A stretch of 64,000 nt of DNA from an uncultured candidate division Zixibacteria bacterium (GCA_963817915.1 CAWFQL010000012.1:576001-640000), one strand, 5' to 3'. Positions 51,411 through 64,000 are shown, counted from the first letter of the stretch. Numbers and translations are program-made. Notes: generated by a model from the letters alone, not told the origin.

Positions 51411-54400
51411 ATGAAAACAGCGTTAGTTATTCTGTCTTTGCTAATGCTTCCGGCTATGCTTTTCGCCGCAGACCTGGAAACTACTGCATTCCTTTCTAAT
51501 GGCGCGGAGTATATTACGGATCAATTTCTCGTCACTACGACCGTCTCCACTCCCGCCTTGGAAATCGGCCAAATGTCCGCTGGCACGGCATATACGGGCG
51601 TTGCGGCAATCGACAATTTTTGCGCACAATATAATGTCGTATCGGTCGAACCCTTTTATAAGGCTCCGGTAAAAAGCCCGATTCTTCGCGAGGTGGTTTC
51701 AAGAATGTATATAATGCACATCGCTCCGGGCAATGATGTTGTTTCCACGTCCGATGAGTTCAAAAAATGCCCCAATCTCGAATATTCCGAACTCTATGTT
51801 ATTCCGCATGCAACATATTTCCCTAATGACCCCAATCGAACTTCACAATACCATTTGGCGAGAACTCGTGCATACGAAGGCTGGGATGTTTTCCGCGGAG
51901 ACCCCACGAGATATGCAATTATAGGAATTGTAGATACCGGTGTTTATTATACTCATCCTGATTTAAACGCCAATATCTGGGTCAATCCCGGGGAAGATCT
52001 AAATGGTGACGGTGTTTGGGATAGCAGCGATGTTAATGGTATTGATGACGATGGCAATGGATACGTAGATGATGGTGTCGGCTGGGATCTTGGTGTTGGG
52101 GATAACAACCCGTCCGAAGAGACTCCTACGCATGGAACTCATGTCGCTGGTTGCGCATCCGAAGTTACTGATAATGGCCTTCGAGGCGCTGGTATAGGTT
52201 TTTCGGCCCGATTGATGCCTGTAAAAGGCGCAAATAGATCAGGTCAGTTAACTGCCGTATATCAGGGCATGACCTACGCTTCAGAAAATGGCGCTCATGT
52301 TATCAACTGTTCATGGGGTTCCAACCAGTATATTGGACAATATCAAAATTTGATAAACGCTATTTGGGCTAATGATGTTGTAGTTGTCGCCGCCGCGGGC
52401 AATGATGGTGTTTCATCGATGTTCTATCCTGCAGGCTACAATAACGTTCTTTCGGTTGTGGCAACAGATCAGACCGATCATAAAGCGAGCTGGTCCAATT
52501 ACGGAACCTGGGTCGATGTTTGCGCTCCCGGAGTCAGTATATATTCGACCTGGGCTCAAAATACGATGCAATATCTCGATGGCACATCTATGGCGTCACC
52601 GATCGTTTCCGGCTTGGTGGCTCTGATAAGGGCGCAGAATACCCATTGGACTAATGAGCAGATTGTCGATCTTATACTGGCCACATCAGATAATATCGAT
52701 GCCCTCAATCCAAACTATGTTAATCAACTTGGTGCCGGTCGAATCAATGTTTATGCGGCTCTAGCTTCCGGAAATTCGCCAAATCTGGGAATTTCAGCTA
52801 TGTCCGCGACGATAACGAATGACGATGGCGATGGAATTCTCAATCCAGGGGAATCATTTAACCTGGTTATAACCTTACACAACTCTTGGAGTGCCGCATC
52901 TAATGTCACGGCAACATTGCGTGGCAATCCCAATTTTGTAATAGCCGACTCGGTTAGATCGTTTGGCAATATCGGTAATGGCGAGGATGGCAGTAATCAG
53001 TCATCACCATATGCCGTGACCGCGTTGAGAAGCCTTATTCCGGGCATGATTCCAATCTCTTTGCATATCACGGCCGATAGCGCTTATGCGGTCGACCGCG
53101 ATACTTCGATAATGGTTTCACTTGATCAAGCGGGATTCCCAAAACAGATTCCCGCGAATATCGAATCTAGCCCGTCTATTCGTCGATTTTGACGGCGACA
53201 ACAATAAGGAACTTGTATTCGGCGCGTCCGATAACAAAGTATATTCATTTGAATCCAATGGTGTTGCCACTCCCGGCTGGCCGCAAACCACCACTGGTAT
53301 GGTGATATCCGGTCCTGCCGTTGGCGATCTTGATAACGATGGCAATGATGAAGTGGTAGCGGTTTCCAAGGATGGCAAATTCTATGCATGGGAAGCGAAC
53401 GGCAGCCTTATGCCCGGTTTCCCTGTTACTAAAGGCGGTACATTCTATTCCGGTCCGCTACTCATTGACCTTGATGGAGACGATCATCTTGATATCGTAG
53501 CCGGCTCATATTCGGATAATAAAGTTTATGTTGTCGATTACACAGGCGTTGATCGCCCGGGTTGGCCCGTCACGGCGACCTCGAGATGGTATGGTTCACC
53601 TTCATCCGGCGATATCGATAACGACGGAATCCCTGAAATAGTCTATGCGGGTTTTGATTCCTTGCTTCATGTATGGAATGGCGACGGGACCGAAGTGGCA
53701 GGTTTCCCTGCCAGATTAAATTCCACCTGCTGGGTTTCGGCTGCCGTAGGGAATATCGATGGCGATAATCGGCCCGAAATAGTTGTCCCTGTATCTGGCG
53801 GCAGTGTATTCGCATTCAATGATGACGGCTCAACTGTAGCCGGATTCCCATTAAATTTAGGCGTAGTTTTGAAATCCTCTCCTTCGATGGCCGATTTGAA
53901 TGGCGATAACAGGCCGGATATTGTTTTTGGCGCGAACGACGGAAGAATATACGCGATTGATGGAAGCGGCGCCAATTTAGCGGGATTTCCTGTTACTCCG
54001 GGCGGAACTATATCGGGAAGCCCCGTAATCGGTGATATCACCGGTGACGGCCAGCCTGATATAATTGTTGGCTCTTCTAACGGCAATGCCTGCTATCTGA
54101 ATGGTTATGACAGAAATGGGCAGATTCTGAGAAATTTCCCAATCCCGGGTGAAGCTACCGGACAGATAACTTCTTCCGCAGCCATAGGGCTTTTTGATAG
54201 TGATGCCAGTATGGAAATCGCAATTGGAATTAAGGCTACCTCTGGAAATAATTTAATGGTTATCGATTATAAAGAGAATGCCTCAGCGCTTAACTTGATA
54301 TGGCCAGTATTCGGCAAGGATATTTGGCGTTCCAATAATTCCGGAAATACGATTACCTCAGTAGATAACCCGGTAATCGCGCCGACATCATTCTCTTTAT

Positions 54401-54663
54401 CCCAGAATTATCCCAATCCATTCAATGCTTCTACGCGCATCGAATTTTCTTTGAAAAACGCCGGTGACGCACAATTGACTGTTTTCGATCTTCTTGGACG
54501 TCAGGTAAAGACATTGCAGTCCGGGCTCCTTACTGCTGGAAAACATAGTTTCTTGTGGAATGGCAACGATGAATCCGGAAGCGTAGTTTCCTCGGGAGTC
54601 TATTTCTACAGATTATCAAGTGCGGAAGGTACTGTCGTAAAACAGATGCTTCTCCTCAAATAA
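51411..54663 (+). CDS. Secreted S8 serine peptidase with FG-GAP repeats and a T9SS/FlgD-type C-terminal domain (frameshift near 53178)
   Basis: Signal peptide; catalytic triad IVDTG / HGTHVAG / GTSMASP; DxDxDG repeats; ends QNYPNPFN...SGVYFYRL...MLLLK. Confidence 0.88.
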
Positions 54664-54681
54664 CAAATTCGCGCAATTATT

Positions 54682-54716
54682 AAAAGACCCGGCTTAAAAG
54701 GCCGGGTTTTTTTATT
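54682..54716 (+). terminator. Intrinsic terminator
   Basis: ACCCGGC/GCCGGGT stem followed by a T-tract. Confidence 0.8.
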
Positions 54717-54988
54717 GAATATATGCAAGATTGTGCGCAATTGATATTTAAGTGAAATTAATAATTTAAAGCAGGCATTATCTTTGCAATAGATGATTTG
54801 TATAAGGAGGATAAAGTAGATTTTACTTGACAAGTTGGGTAAATTTTTTAAATTTTACTTAAAGGTGGCTTGTCCACCGGGTTTGCTAAGTTATGATATT
54901 TTTCTTAACTGTTTTTCGATCAAGTTCGCTGCAAGCGTGGATCTCCTCGTTCAATAGTTTAACTTTGGATTGAAAGGGAGCAGAGGCC

Positions 54989-57900
54989 GTGTCGAAATCT
55001 TTTATGGCAATACCAATTAGAATAGTAATCATAATTGCGATTTTTGGTATTCCGGCCTTATCTCAGGCTTCGGGTATAATTTCAGGTATTTCTGGCCAGG
55101 ATTATTATTCTGATAAATTCATTATTTCCATAAAGGAAGGTGTTGAGCTTTATCCAGCCGTTCTGCAAAATGGTCAATTTCAATCGTTGGGGAATCGATC
55201 TATTGAGCAAATTTCACTGGCGGCCGGTGTTATTGAAATCAAGCCTTTTTACGATGCCCGTATAAGAAATGAATATATGCGCAGTGTTGTAGAGAGAATA
55301 TTTATATTGAAACTTACGGATAATGCTAACCTTGAAACGGCCATAGGAGTATTTTCGAATTCATCCGAGGTGGAATACGCCGAGCCGTATTATATTTGCC
55401 ATGCGGATTATACCCCCAACGACCCTCTATCTTTTAATTGGTATCATCTCAGAAATATCGAGGCTTATTTTGCTTGGGATGTTATCCGCGGTGATTCTAC
55501 GAGAAGCCCGATACTGGCCATAGTGGATTCCGGCGTTTACTGGGATCATCCCGATCTTGAGCCGAATATGTGGATAAATGCCGGCGAAGATATCGATGGC
55601 GACGGCCGATTCACGGAAGCTGATATTAATGGAATCGATGATGACGGCAACGATTTTGTAGATGATGTTGTCGGTTACGATATTTCGATGCAGGACAATA
55701 ATCCGTTCGAGCCGATTCCCTGGCACGGGACCCATGTGGCAGGTTGTGCATCGATGACTACTGATAACGGTTACGGCGGCGCGGCCGTGGGATGGGCTGC
55801 CAGAATTATGGCAGTCAAATGCGCCCGAGACAATGACCCCAATAGTATTCCGAATGGATTCCAGGGGATAATATATGCCACCGATAACGGCGCCAAAGTG
55901 ATTAATTGCAGTTGGGGAAGGCCCGGCTCGCCCTCTCAATCCGAACAGAGTATAATTACCAGCGCTTATAACGCAGGTGTGACAGTAATATGCGCCGCTG
56001 GTAATGAAAGCAGTTCTGCCAGACATTACCCGGCGGCTTATGAACATGTCATTTCGGTTGCCTCGGTCGGGAGTGACGATACCAAATCAAGTTTCTCTAA
56101 TTTTGGTTCATGGGTCGATATAAGCGCGCCCGGCGATGGAATTATCTCGACCTGGGATCATTCTTTGTTTACGTCGCTGAGCGGGACATCGATGGCCTCT
56201 CCCATAGTCTCCGGCACTGCCTGCCTGATTCTTGCGGCAAATCCGAGTTATACGCCTGATGAGGTGGAACAGCGACTCGGCGATACAGCCGACGATATCG
56301 ATTCTTTAAATCCGGATTACATAGGTCTTTTGGGGCATGGAAGGGTTAATGCCGCGGCTGCGGTCGGCATGGGTGTCGCTCCCAGGATTGAAGTCGTCGG
56401 TGTAGGAGTGATATTAACAAATGATCTTGATAACGATGGAATGCCGAATCCAGGCGAAACGATAAATGTCGTAATTGATCTCAGCAACGCCTATGCCGAT
56501 GCGAATAACGTAACCGGTATGCTTGTTTCCGATGGCCAATTTACGCTTAACGATTCCATCGCCGATTTTGGTTCTATTCCCGGGAATGGAGGAATGGGAA
56601 ATAATTCATCGAACCCATTCAGTGTGACTATCAATGATGATGCGACTATCGGGCAACATGTCTTTACGCTATATATTAATTCCGGTTCGAATTACCGCAT
56701 TCAGCGCCCAATTTCGTTGATGGTTACTCTACAGCAGCGCGGTTTTCCTGCCAATATTCTGGGTCAGATCGAATCATCGCCGCTTGTATTTGATGTTGAC
56801 GGAGACCAAAGCAATGAAATAATTGTCAGCGCCAATGATAGAAAATACTATGTGTATGAATCCGATGGTTCGCTGAAGGCCGGATGGCCGGTCAATGTGG
56901 CCAGTGAAACCCCTGGCGGTCCTTCGGTCGGGGATTTGGATAATGATGGACAGATTGAAATTGTCGGCACCGATAGGTCGGGCAATATCTATGCGTGGGA
57001 TTCCGAAGGGAATTTCGTTGACGGATTTCCGTTCGCGGGTTCCTCGATAATGTATTCATCTCCGGTCTTAGGCGATATCAATGGCGATTCCTATCTCGAA
57101 ATTGTGGCTTGTGGATTTACGTCCAAAAAAGTTTATATATTAAATCATGACGGAACAGCGTTTCCGAACTGGCCGTATCAGGGGATCGGGAATTTTTACG
57201 GATCGCCGGCGCTTGCTGATATTGATAATGACGGACTGCCGGAGATTATTGCCTGTGATTTCGATTCTACGATTCATGTTTGGAATCAAGATAAGACTTA
57301 TGTCGAAGGATTCCCTAAAAAGGCATCTGGACAATTCTGGGTGAATCCGAGCGTGGTGGATATCGATGGAGATGGCAATCTTAATATAATCGCGGCCACA
57401 TCCGCGGGCGACTTGTATGTTTATGACAACAATGGTTCGGTGATGCCCGGTTGGCCGGTGCGATTTTCGCCAGGGCCGCTTCGTTCAAGTCCATCTCTGG
57501 CCGATATTGACGGCGATGGCCATATCGAAATTTTGATCGGCTCCAATGATGGGAATATGTATGTTTACAACAGCGATGGCACGCCGCAATCCTGTTTCCC
57601 CTTCATAGCGGACGGCAATGTTTCATCGTCACCGGTAGTGGGCAAGATTGACGGTGATAATATTTATGATATTGTGATCGGTTCATCCGAAGGTTTAATA
57701 TATGCATTCAATGTACATGGTCGAATCCTCAATCATTTCCCGATAAGGGCGACTTCCGACAGGATCGATTACTGGGTCGGCGGCACTGGCCGATCTCGAT
57801 GGTGATAATGACGTGGAAATTATTATCGGTTCCAAGGGCGCGGGATACAATCTGGATGTTATCGATTATAAAGATCAGGTAACCGATATGCATTTTCCGT

Positions 57901-58262
57901 GGCAATTCTTCGGCAATAACGTTCGCAGGACGTCATATTATGGCGAATTTCTGACGGGTTTGGAGAGAAAATCCGATATTCCACATGAATTTTCTCTCGG
58001 ACAAAATTATCCAAACCCGTTCAATATGGCGACTAAAATCGAATTTTCTGTTCCGGCGGATGGTCGGGCTGATCTGCAGATTTATGACCTGCTTGGCAGA
58101 CGATCAAGGATGCTTTATTCGGGTTATATTAAGGCAGGTAATTACAATATGACATGGGATGGCTCTGACGATAGGGGCAATCCGGTGTCGTCGGGTATAT
58201 ATTTTTATAAATTAAATGTAGGAAAAACGACATTAACGAATAGGATGACTCTAATTAAATAG
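54989..58262 (+). CDS. Paralogous secreted S8 peptidase with FG-GAP repeats and CTD (frameshift near 57762)
   Basis: IVDSG / HGTHVAG / GTSMASP and the same architecture as the 51411 gene. The CTD lies in ORF 57813-58262. Confidence 0.88.
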
Positions 58263-58368
58263 GAGGTAATTTGAAAACTGATCTTGGTGAAAGATCCTTA
58301 AAAGGAGGTGAAGCCTAACGGCAAATTATTTTTAGTTTAATTTTTTTTAAATTCACTTGGAGGATTCA

Positions 58369-60211
58369 ATGAAAAGAATGTTAGTTTTGTTTGTAGGAAT
58401 GTTTTTGTTGGCCGGAATGGCTTCGGCCGGTACATTTAGTCAGCAAGTTTTGTCGACTCCGATCATTACCGATAATGGCGGCCCGGATGCCTTCGGTTAT
58501 AGATGGATTGATAATGATGGCGGCGGCGGCCCGACTTATAACTGGATTGATATTTCGAGCCGTCGGAGTGCCTGTAACAGGCTTAGCCGATGATAATAAT
58601 GTCGGTCCTTTTTCCTTCGGTTTTGATTTTCCGTACTACTGGTATACAGTAAACCATATGTGGATCGGTTCCAATGGCTATACGTCATTCTCATCGAACG
58701 CGAATTTCGCGCATCCATTCGCGGATATTCCGACAGCCACACAGCCGAATGATTTAATGGCAGTTTTGACGGGCGATCTTGATTTTTCAAGAGGCAACGC
58801 TCATTGCTATTTCTATACCAATAACTCTGACAGCGTAATTGTGTCATGGGTAAACGTCGGCGAATTCGGTTATATCGATTCATTACATACTTTCCAGGTT
58901 ATTTTGTCGAAAGCTGATTCTTCCATCACCTATCAATACGGCGCCAATCATGGCCGCTTCCTTGATAGCAGCGGTGGCACCATGACTGTAATCGGTATTG
59001 AAAATGTCAACGGTCAGGTGGGAATTCAGTATCTTCGTAGCAACCTGCCGGCCAACCATATGTGGCATGAAGGACTGGCTTTGAGATTCTACCCACAGCC
59101 AGATCCGAATTTTGTAGTTCATGATTTTGGAATGATGAATTCATTCAATGAAACCTCCGGCGCGGAATTTATTCCACTAAGCCAGGGGTACCAGATTCGC
59201 GCCGAAGTGAAAAATTTCGGAAACCAGGCTGAATCGAACATGAAGGTGCGCGTTCAGGTTAAAAGAGGCGCCACTATAGTAGTAACTGATACGGTATTAG
59301 TCGCCAGTCTGAGCCCGAGCCAGGCTATCTGGGTTGATTTCGCAAGGCTGCTTACTCCGACAGTTGCGGGCACATACAAGGCCACATTCTCATCAATTCT
59401 AACCGGCGACCAGAATCCGAATAATAATTCATTGATTTCCGAGCTCGATGCTTTCCAGCTGCCGCAAGTTTTGCGTTATTGCGGCGATCTGGCGGCGACA
59501 GGCCGTAGCTGGACCGGCGATTTTTCGGGATTTGGTTCCGAATATGTGGTTCCCCAGGCTGTAGAATTGACATCATGCGGATTTTACGTCTATTCAGTAA
59601 CAGCCGCCGGACCTGGATATGTTTATATCCTGGTTAACAACGATCAGAGTCTGCCTGATTTTGATCATCCTCTATTCGTTGATACAGTCCAGGTATCCGA
59701 TACTGGCTGGGTCAATGTCGATCTTTCAAACGCCAGCTTGACTTTCGGTGCAAACCAGAAATTCTATATGGTCGCCCTCCACGCGCTCGAAAATACATTC
59801 CAATTTGGTATGGACCAGACCACTCCTCTTTCCAATAGAGGCTGGGAATATACTGGCGGATTGGCTCCAGATAGAGATCGCAGTGTTTCCGATATCATGT
59901 TCAAGGTCAATGCCGAGGGTGCAACCGGCATCGAAGAATCGATTACTCCGAAATCCTTTACACTCTCCCAGAACTATCCGAATCCATTCAATGCTCAGAC
60001 TAACATCAGTTTCTCACTTGCGAAGGATTCAGATATATCGCTTAAGATCTACAACATCATTGGTCAGCAGGTACAAGACCTTTCCGGCAGATACAAAGCT
60101 GGAAATAATATCGTAACCTGGGACGCTTCCCGAGTTGCTTCCGGAGTCTATTTCTATAGAGTCGATACCGGAAATGCTTCAGAGACAAAGAGAATGTTAC
60201 TGCTTAAGTAA
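58369..60211 (+). CDS. Secreted T9SS-CTD protein with a CARDB-like domain (frameshift near 58560)
   Basis: Signal peptide; [21 protein letters not shown] continues in ORF 58475; VKNFG..D.NP.NN; ends QNYPNPFN...MLLLK. Confidence 0.8.
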
Positions 60212-60233
60212 TTTTTCTTCATCTTCTAGCTTT

Positions 60234-60266
60234 GAGCCCCCGAGCTTTTTCGGGGGCTTTTTTATT
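60234..60266 (+). terminator. Intrinsic terminator
   Basis: AGCCCCCGA/TCGGGGGCT stem followed by a T-tract. Confidence 0.85.
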
Positions 60267-60472
60267 ATTTTAAAATTCGTAATCATTTCTTTCACTATTA
60301 TGCAAATCGTTTCACAGAGAAATATTATAGATTACCATGACAAGAAAACGACATTTCTCATGGAATCGCATCTCGTTTGATATCAGCGGTTTACGGGTGG
60401 CAGTCCGATTTGCTGGTTATGTGATTTTCGGGCATAGGTTTTGTTCTAAAGGAAGGTGGCGAAGGAGGCTAT

Positions 60473-63331
60473 TTGAGAAAAATTTATTATTTTGCAAAAT
60501 TCATTTCTATTTGCATGATCGTGGTATCATTCTCTTCCTCTGTTAGCTTTGCGGAAACTATGATTTTTAGGATGAAGGATGTCGGCCCGGTTCTCATGTC
60601 ATCAGCGAAGATCGGCGACAAAAAGCTCGGCCATCAGCCAATAATCGCGAATCTCCAGAATCGCGCTACATTTTCGCAATCTGATATTATCGCGGTCGTA
60701 GAAAAACTCAAAGCCGAAGGCAAAATTACTTCTTATAAGCAATTTTGGATTACGAATGCTATTTCTATTACCGGTAATTATGATGAACTAATTCGATTGT
60801 CGCAAAGAGCTGATGTTGAATCTGCTGTCAACGATGCCCCTGTCAGTCTCATAGCGCCTGTCGATATCAGTGGTGCAGAATCAGCCGCTACAGGCGCGGA
60901 ACTCGGCCTGAGAGTCATTAAGGCGCCCGATGCCTGGAGTATCGGCCTTACCGGCGCGGGAAGCCTGGTTTGTAATTTTGATACTGGAGTCTTCGGAAAT
61001 CATCCGGCCCTCATGTCAAAATATAGAGGGAATAATGGCGGAACAGTCTCCGAAAGCTGGTTCGACCCTTATAGCAATACGAATTATCCCATAGATAATA
61101 ACGGCCATGGGACTCATACGATGGGCACAATGCTTGGATCAGATGGCGCCGACACAATCGGAGTCGCGCCGGGAGCACAATGGATCGCGGCGGCGGTAGT
61201 TGATAGAGGCGGCGGTATTCAAAGAACTATTTCCGATATCCTATCGGCATTCCAATGGGTGGCCGATCCCGATGGCGATCCCAATACTACTAATGATGTC
61301 CCCGATGTCGTCAATAATTCATGGGGGATTCCGCTGGGTTATTATCCGGCTTGTGAACAGACTTTCTGGGAAGCGATCGATAATCTTGAAGCAGTCGGAG
61401 TTGTCTGTCTTTTTGCAGCCGGCAATGAGGGCCCTACCGCGAGAACAATCCGTACGCCAGCAGATAGAATCAGTTCCGATTTTAATTCGTTTTCTGTAGG
61501 CGCTGTAGATGGCAGCAGCCAATCATTGACGATTGCAACTTTTTCCAGCCGCGGCCCATCCGGCTGCGATGGCATAACTATCAAGCCAGAAGTCAGCGCC
61601 CCGGGAGTCGCAGTTCGCTCGTCCAGCAGGCTCGGCGGATATGCATCAATGTCGGGTACTTCGATGGCAACTCCGCACGTCGCTGGGGCAGTGGCAATTC
61701 TGAGGCAATTCAATCCCAGCGCCACTCCCGCGCAGATTAAGCAGGCTCTGATGTATTCAGCACGCGATCTTGGGCAGGCAGGCGAGGATAATACTTATGG
61801 ATGGGGCGTTATCGATATCAGAAGAGCGCTTTATTATATGCCCCCGCCCGATGGTCTCTTTCCAGTCTTTATAAGCGAGACAGTGTCCGGCAATGGCGTC
61901 GCTTTTCCCGGCGAAACGTTTTCAGTGCGGCTTCGCATTGAAAATATCGGTCGCCCGGCGTCAACAGTTGCCGCACGTTTGATTTCGAATGATTCCAGGG
62001 CTACAGTTTTGACTTCGGATATTGCATTTGGACCGGTTGACCACATTGATACTGTCGAAATTGGCCCCTTTGATATAGAATTCGCGAATTCAATCAATAA
62101 CGGAGAAATCATGCCCTTCCAATTGTTGTTGACGTCGGGCTCATGGCATGGGACAGTTAATTTTACGTTAGTCGCAGGCGGCGAGGCCTTACCCGGAGTC
62201 GCTTCACATTATAATGATCTGCTATCAATGTCATTTTCCAATTTTGGTCAATTCGGGCTCGGGCCTGGTTCGCTAAATCCTCAGGGCGGTATCGGCTTTA
62301 AATTCCCATCTTCAGGCGCCGATCTGCTTCGCAATGGCTCGTTGATATTGGCAACCAATTCCAGCCATGTCTCCGATGGAGCCATATCTTCCAATCCGAA
62401 CATCACAGACAATGATTTTGCGCCGGTAGCCGGCGGCTATCCGCGAGTATTGTCTCCGGGGCCACATTCCGATCAGGACGGGTATTCTTCATATTCTGAC
62501 GCGGCGGCCGAATCACCGATCGGACTTAATATATCGCAAAAAAGCTTTTGCTGGATAGGATCCGGATCGAGACCATTTGTAATATTCGAATTCACAATAA
62601 AGAATACTACCCCCAATGCTATTAACTCCTTATTTGCCGGTTTATACTGCGATTGGGATTTGCCTTTGACTTCCGGAAATGATGATAATGTCGGTTATAT
62701 AGATTATGAGTCTTTGGGATATATGCAGGATCCGGCCACGGGACTTGCGGTAGGAATAAAATCAATCACTTCGAATGCATCATCATATGCGGCGATAAAC
62801 AACAATTCTGTAATATCCGATGGCTTTACCGATCTGGAAAAATTCAACCTGATGACATCAGGTTTTTCGTTTACATCCAACAGCAGTCCCGACAACTATT
62901 CGCATCTTTTGACTGTCGGACCTTATAGTATCGCCTCAGGTGATTCTGAAGTAGTAGCCTTCTCGTTTGTCGCTGGCAACAGTCTTCAGGAACTCATTGC
63001 CTCGGCTGACCAATCATTTTGGATGTATCCCGGGCTGACAGGGATTTCAGAAAATACAGTACTTCCTGAGCGAAACTCAATTATCTCGAATTATCCCAAT
63101 CCATTTAATAGCAGCACTGTAATAAGTATCAGCGGCCCATTGAGTGAAAATGGAGCAATCGGAATTTATGATATTATAGGGCGTTTGGTAAAACGGATTG
63201 ACCTAAACGGAAAAGACCAGACTGTCTGGAATGGTACGGATGATAATGGACAAAATGTATCGTCGGGTATGTATTTCGCCCGCCTTTTGGATGGAAACGG
63301 CGGCGTAAAAAAGATGATTTTAATGAAGTAA
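60473..63331 (+). CDS. Secreted S8 peptidase (bacillopeptidase F-like) with CTD
   Basis: FDTGV / HGTHTMGT / GTSMATPHVAG triad; PDVVNNSWG; C-terminal NYPNPFN...SGMYF..KKMILMK. Confidence 0.9.
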   Translation: MRKIYYFAKFISICMIVVSFSSSVSFAETMIFRMKDVGPVLMSSAKIGDKKLGHQPIIANLQNRATFSQSDIIAVVEKLKAEGKITSYKQFWITNAISITGNYDELIRLSQRADVESAVNDAPVSLIAPVDISGAESAATGAELGLRVIKAPDAWSIGLTGAGSLVCNFDTGVFGNHPALMSKYRGNNGGTVSESWFDPYSNTNYPIDNNGHGTHTMGTMLGSDGADTIGVAPGAQWIAAAVVDRGGGIQRTISDILSAFQWVADPDGDPNTTNDVPDVVNNSWGIPLGYYPACEQTFWEAIDNLEAVGVVCLFAAGNEGPTARTIRTPADRISSDFNSFSVGAVDGSSQSLTIATFSSRGPSGCDGITIKPEVSAPGVAVRSSSRLGGYASMSGTSMATPHVAGAVAILRQFNPSATPAQIKQALMYSARDLGQAGEDNTYGWGVIDIRRALYYMPPPDGLFPVFISETVSGNGVAFPGETFSVRLRIENIGRPASTVAARLISNDSRATVLTSDIAFGPVDHIDTVEIGPFDIEFANSINNGEIMPFQLLLTSGSWHGTVNFTLVAGGEALPGVASHYNDLLSMSFSNFGQFGLGPGSLNPQGGIGFKFPSSGADLLRNGSLILATNSSHVSDGAISSNPNITDNDFAPVAGGYPRVLSPGPHSDQDGYSSYSDAAAESPIGLNISQKSFCWIGSGSRPFVIFEFTIKNTTPNAINSLFAGLYCDWDLPLTSGNDDNVGYIDYESLGYMQDPATGLAVGIKSITSNASSYAAINNNSVISDGFTDLEKFNLMTSGFSFTSNSSPDNYSHLLTVGPYSIASGDSEVVAFSFVAGNSLQELIASADQSFWMYPGLTGISENTVLPERNSIISNYPNPFNSSTVISISGPLSENGAIGIYDIIGRLVKRIDLNGKDQTVWNGTDDNGQNVSSGMYFARLLDGNGGVKKMILMK

Positions 63332-63373
63332 TGAACCATTAAGGTTCATAAATTAGAAGGAGTTGATAGTAAG

Positions 63374-63586
63374 TTGATTCAAAAAATGCCTCAATTAAGT
63401 CCCGGCATGTCGACCACGGAGACATTCTACATGGCGGTGATAGGAACGATTTTCGGCATAATGGTAGCGTACCCACTGCAGAAATATCTGTACCGAAAAT
63501 ACATCCGTCGTCATTCCAAAGGCAAAGTTGTTATTCTCTACAAAGACAACGAACCCGAGGAACGCAGAGTATTGCCGAATCTTTAG
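63374..63586 (+). CDS. Small single-TM hypothetical protein
   Basis: One hydrophobic helix followed by a basic stretch; terminator downstream. Confidence 0.45.
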   Translation: MIQKMPQLSPGMSTTETFYMAVIGTIFGIMVAYPLQKYLYRKYIRRHSKGKVVILYKDNEPEERRVLPNL

Positions 63587-63645
63587 TCGTCTCAAAATTG
63601 TAGTAATTTCCAGATTATCGGATAAATCGGATAACAACATCTTTC

Positions 63646-63676
63646 AGGCCTCCAAAGTCATGGAGGCCTTTTTTAT
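63646..63676 (+). terminator. Intrinsic terminator
   Basis: AGGCCTCCA/TGGAGGCCT stem followed by a T-tract. Confidence 0.8.
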
Positions 63677-63719
63677 AATTCGGCTACAAGGAACATCCTT
63701 TATAGCAGTTAAGTTTTTC

Positions 63720-64000
63720 ATGCAGACGTTGAGAGAGAAAGCAGTAAATGACTTGACGGAAATTATCGAAAACTTTATTGGAGCAAATGACCAGCGGAGC
63801 GAAGATATGATTGTTGATATCGGGAAAATAAAATCACAACCTGCTCATAATCATTTAATTAATGAGAAGAGCCCTTATTTGATTCAGCATGCTTACAATC
63901 CGGTGGATTGGTATCCCTGGTGCGAGGAAGCGTTTGAGAAAGCGCTCCGTGAAAATAAACCGATCTTTCTCTCGATAGGATATTCCAGCTGTCATTGGTG
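63720..64000 (+). CDS. Thioredoxin-domain protein (DUF255/YyaL/SPATA20-like), N-terminus only
   Basis: Manual translation gives [50 protein letters not shown]. Start is 63720 or 63807. Confidence 0.9.
   Translation, partial: MQTLREKAVNDLTEIIENFIGANDQRSEDMIVDIGKIKSQPAHNHLINEKSPYLIQHAYNPVDWYPWCEEAFEKALRENKPIFLSIGYSSCHW

Overview
A gene-dense bacterial chromosomal segment. The T9SS-type C-terminal sorting domains, PorV/PorQ, LptE and LPS genes suggest a diderm FCB-superphylum organism such as Ca. Zixibacteria (inference). Housekeeping genes include murA, an lpxH-like gene, purL, hutU/hutI, htpX, hisS-aspS-phoH-HDIG-ybeY-corC, rpsT, murJ and a waaF-like gene. There is an 11-subunit complex-I-like operon (nuoABCDHIJKLMN, no nuoEFG in the window) and a cluster of secreted S8 proteases and T9SS cargo at the right end. 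Most notable observations: (1) a ~0.9 kb mosaic of nested REP-like hairpins containing a ~270-bp tandem duplication, downstream of an AT-rich Schlafen/AlbA_2 gene; (2) a complete sigma-54 circuit (GAF-bEBP, two palindromic UAS sites, perfect -24/-12 box) upstream of a degenerate GxxExxY protein and an unannotated 21-aa histone-H1-like peptide; (3) a ~125-aa soluble domain inserted in NuoJ and a His-rich insert in NuoL; (4) an MjaI-family R-M pair whose methylase carries an SNase-like domain, inserted in the hut operon; (5) a ferredoxin plus geranylgeranyl reductase pair. About eight genes carry frameshifts that look like sequencing or assembly indels. All calls come from motif recognition by eye; no searches were run.
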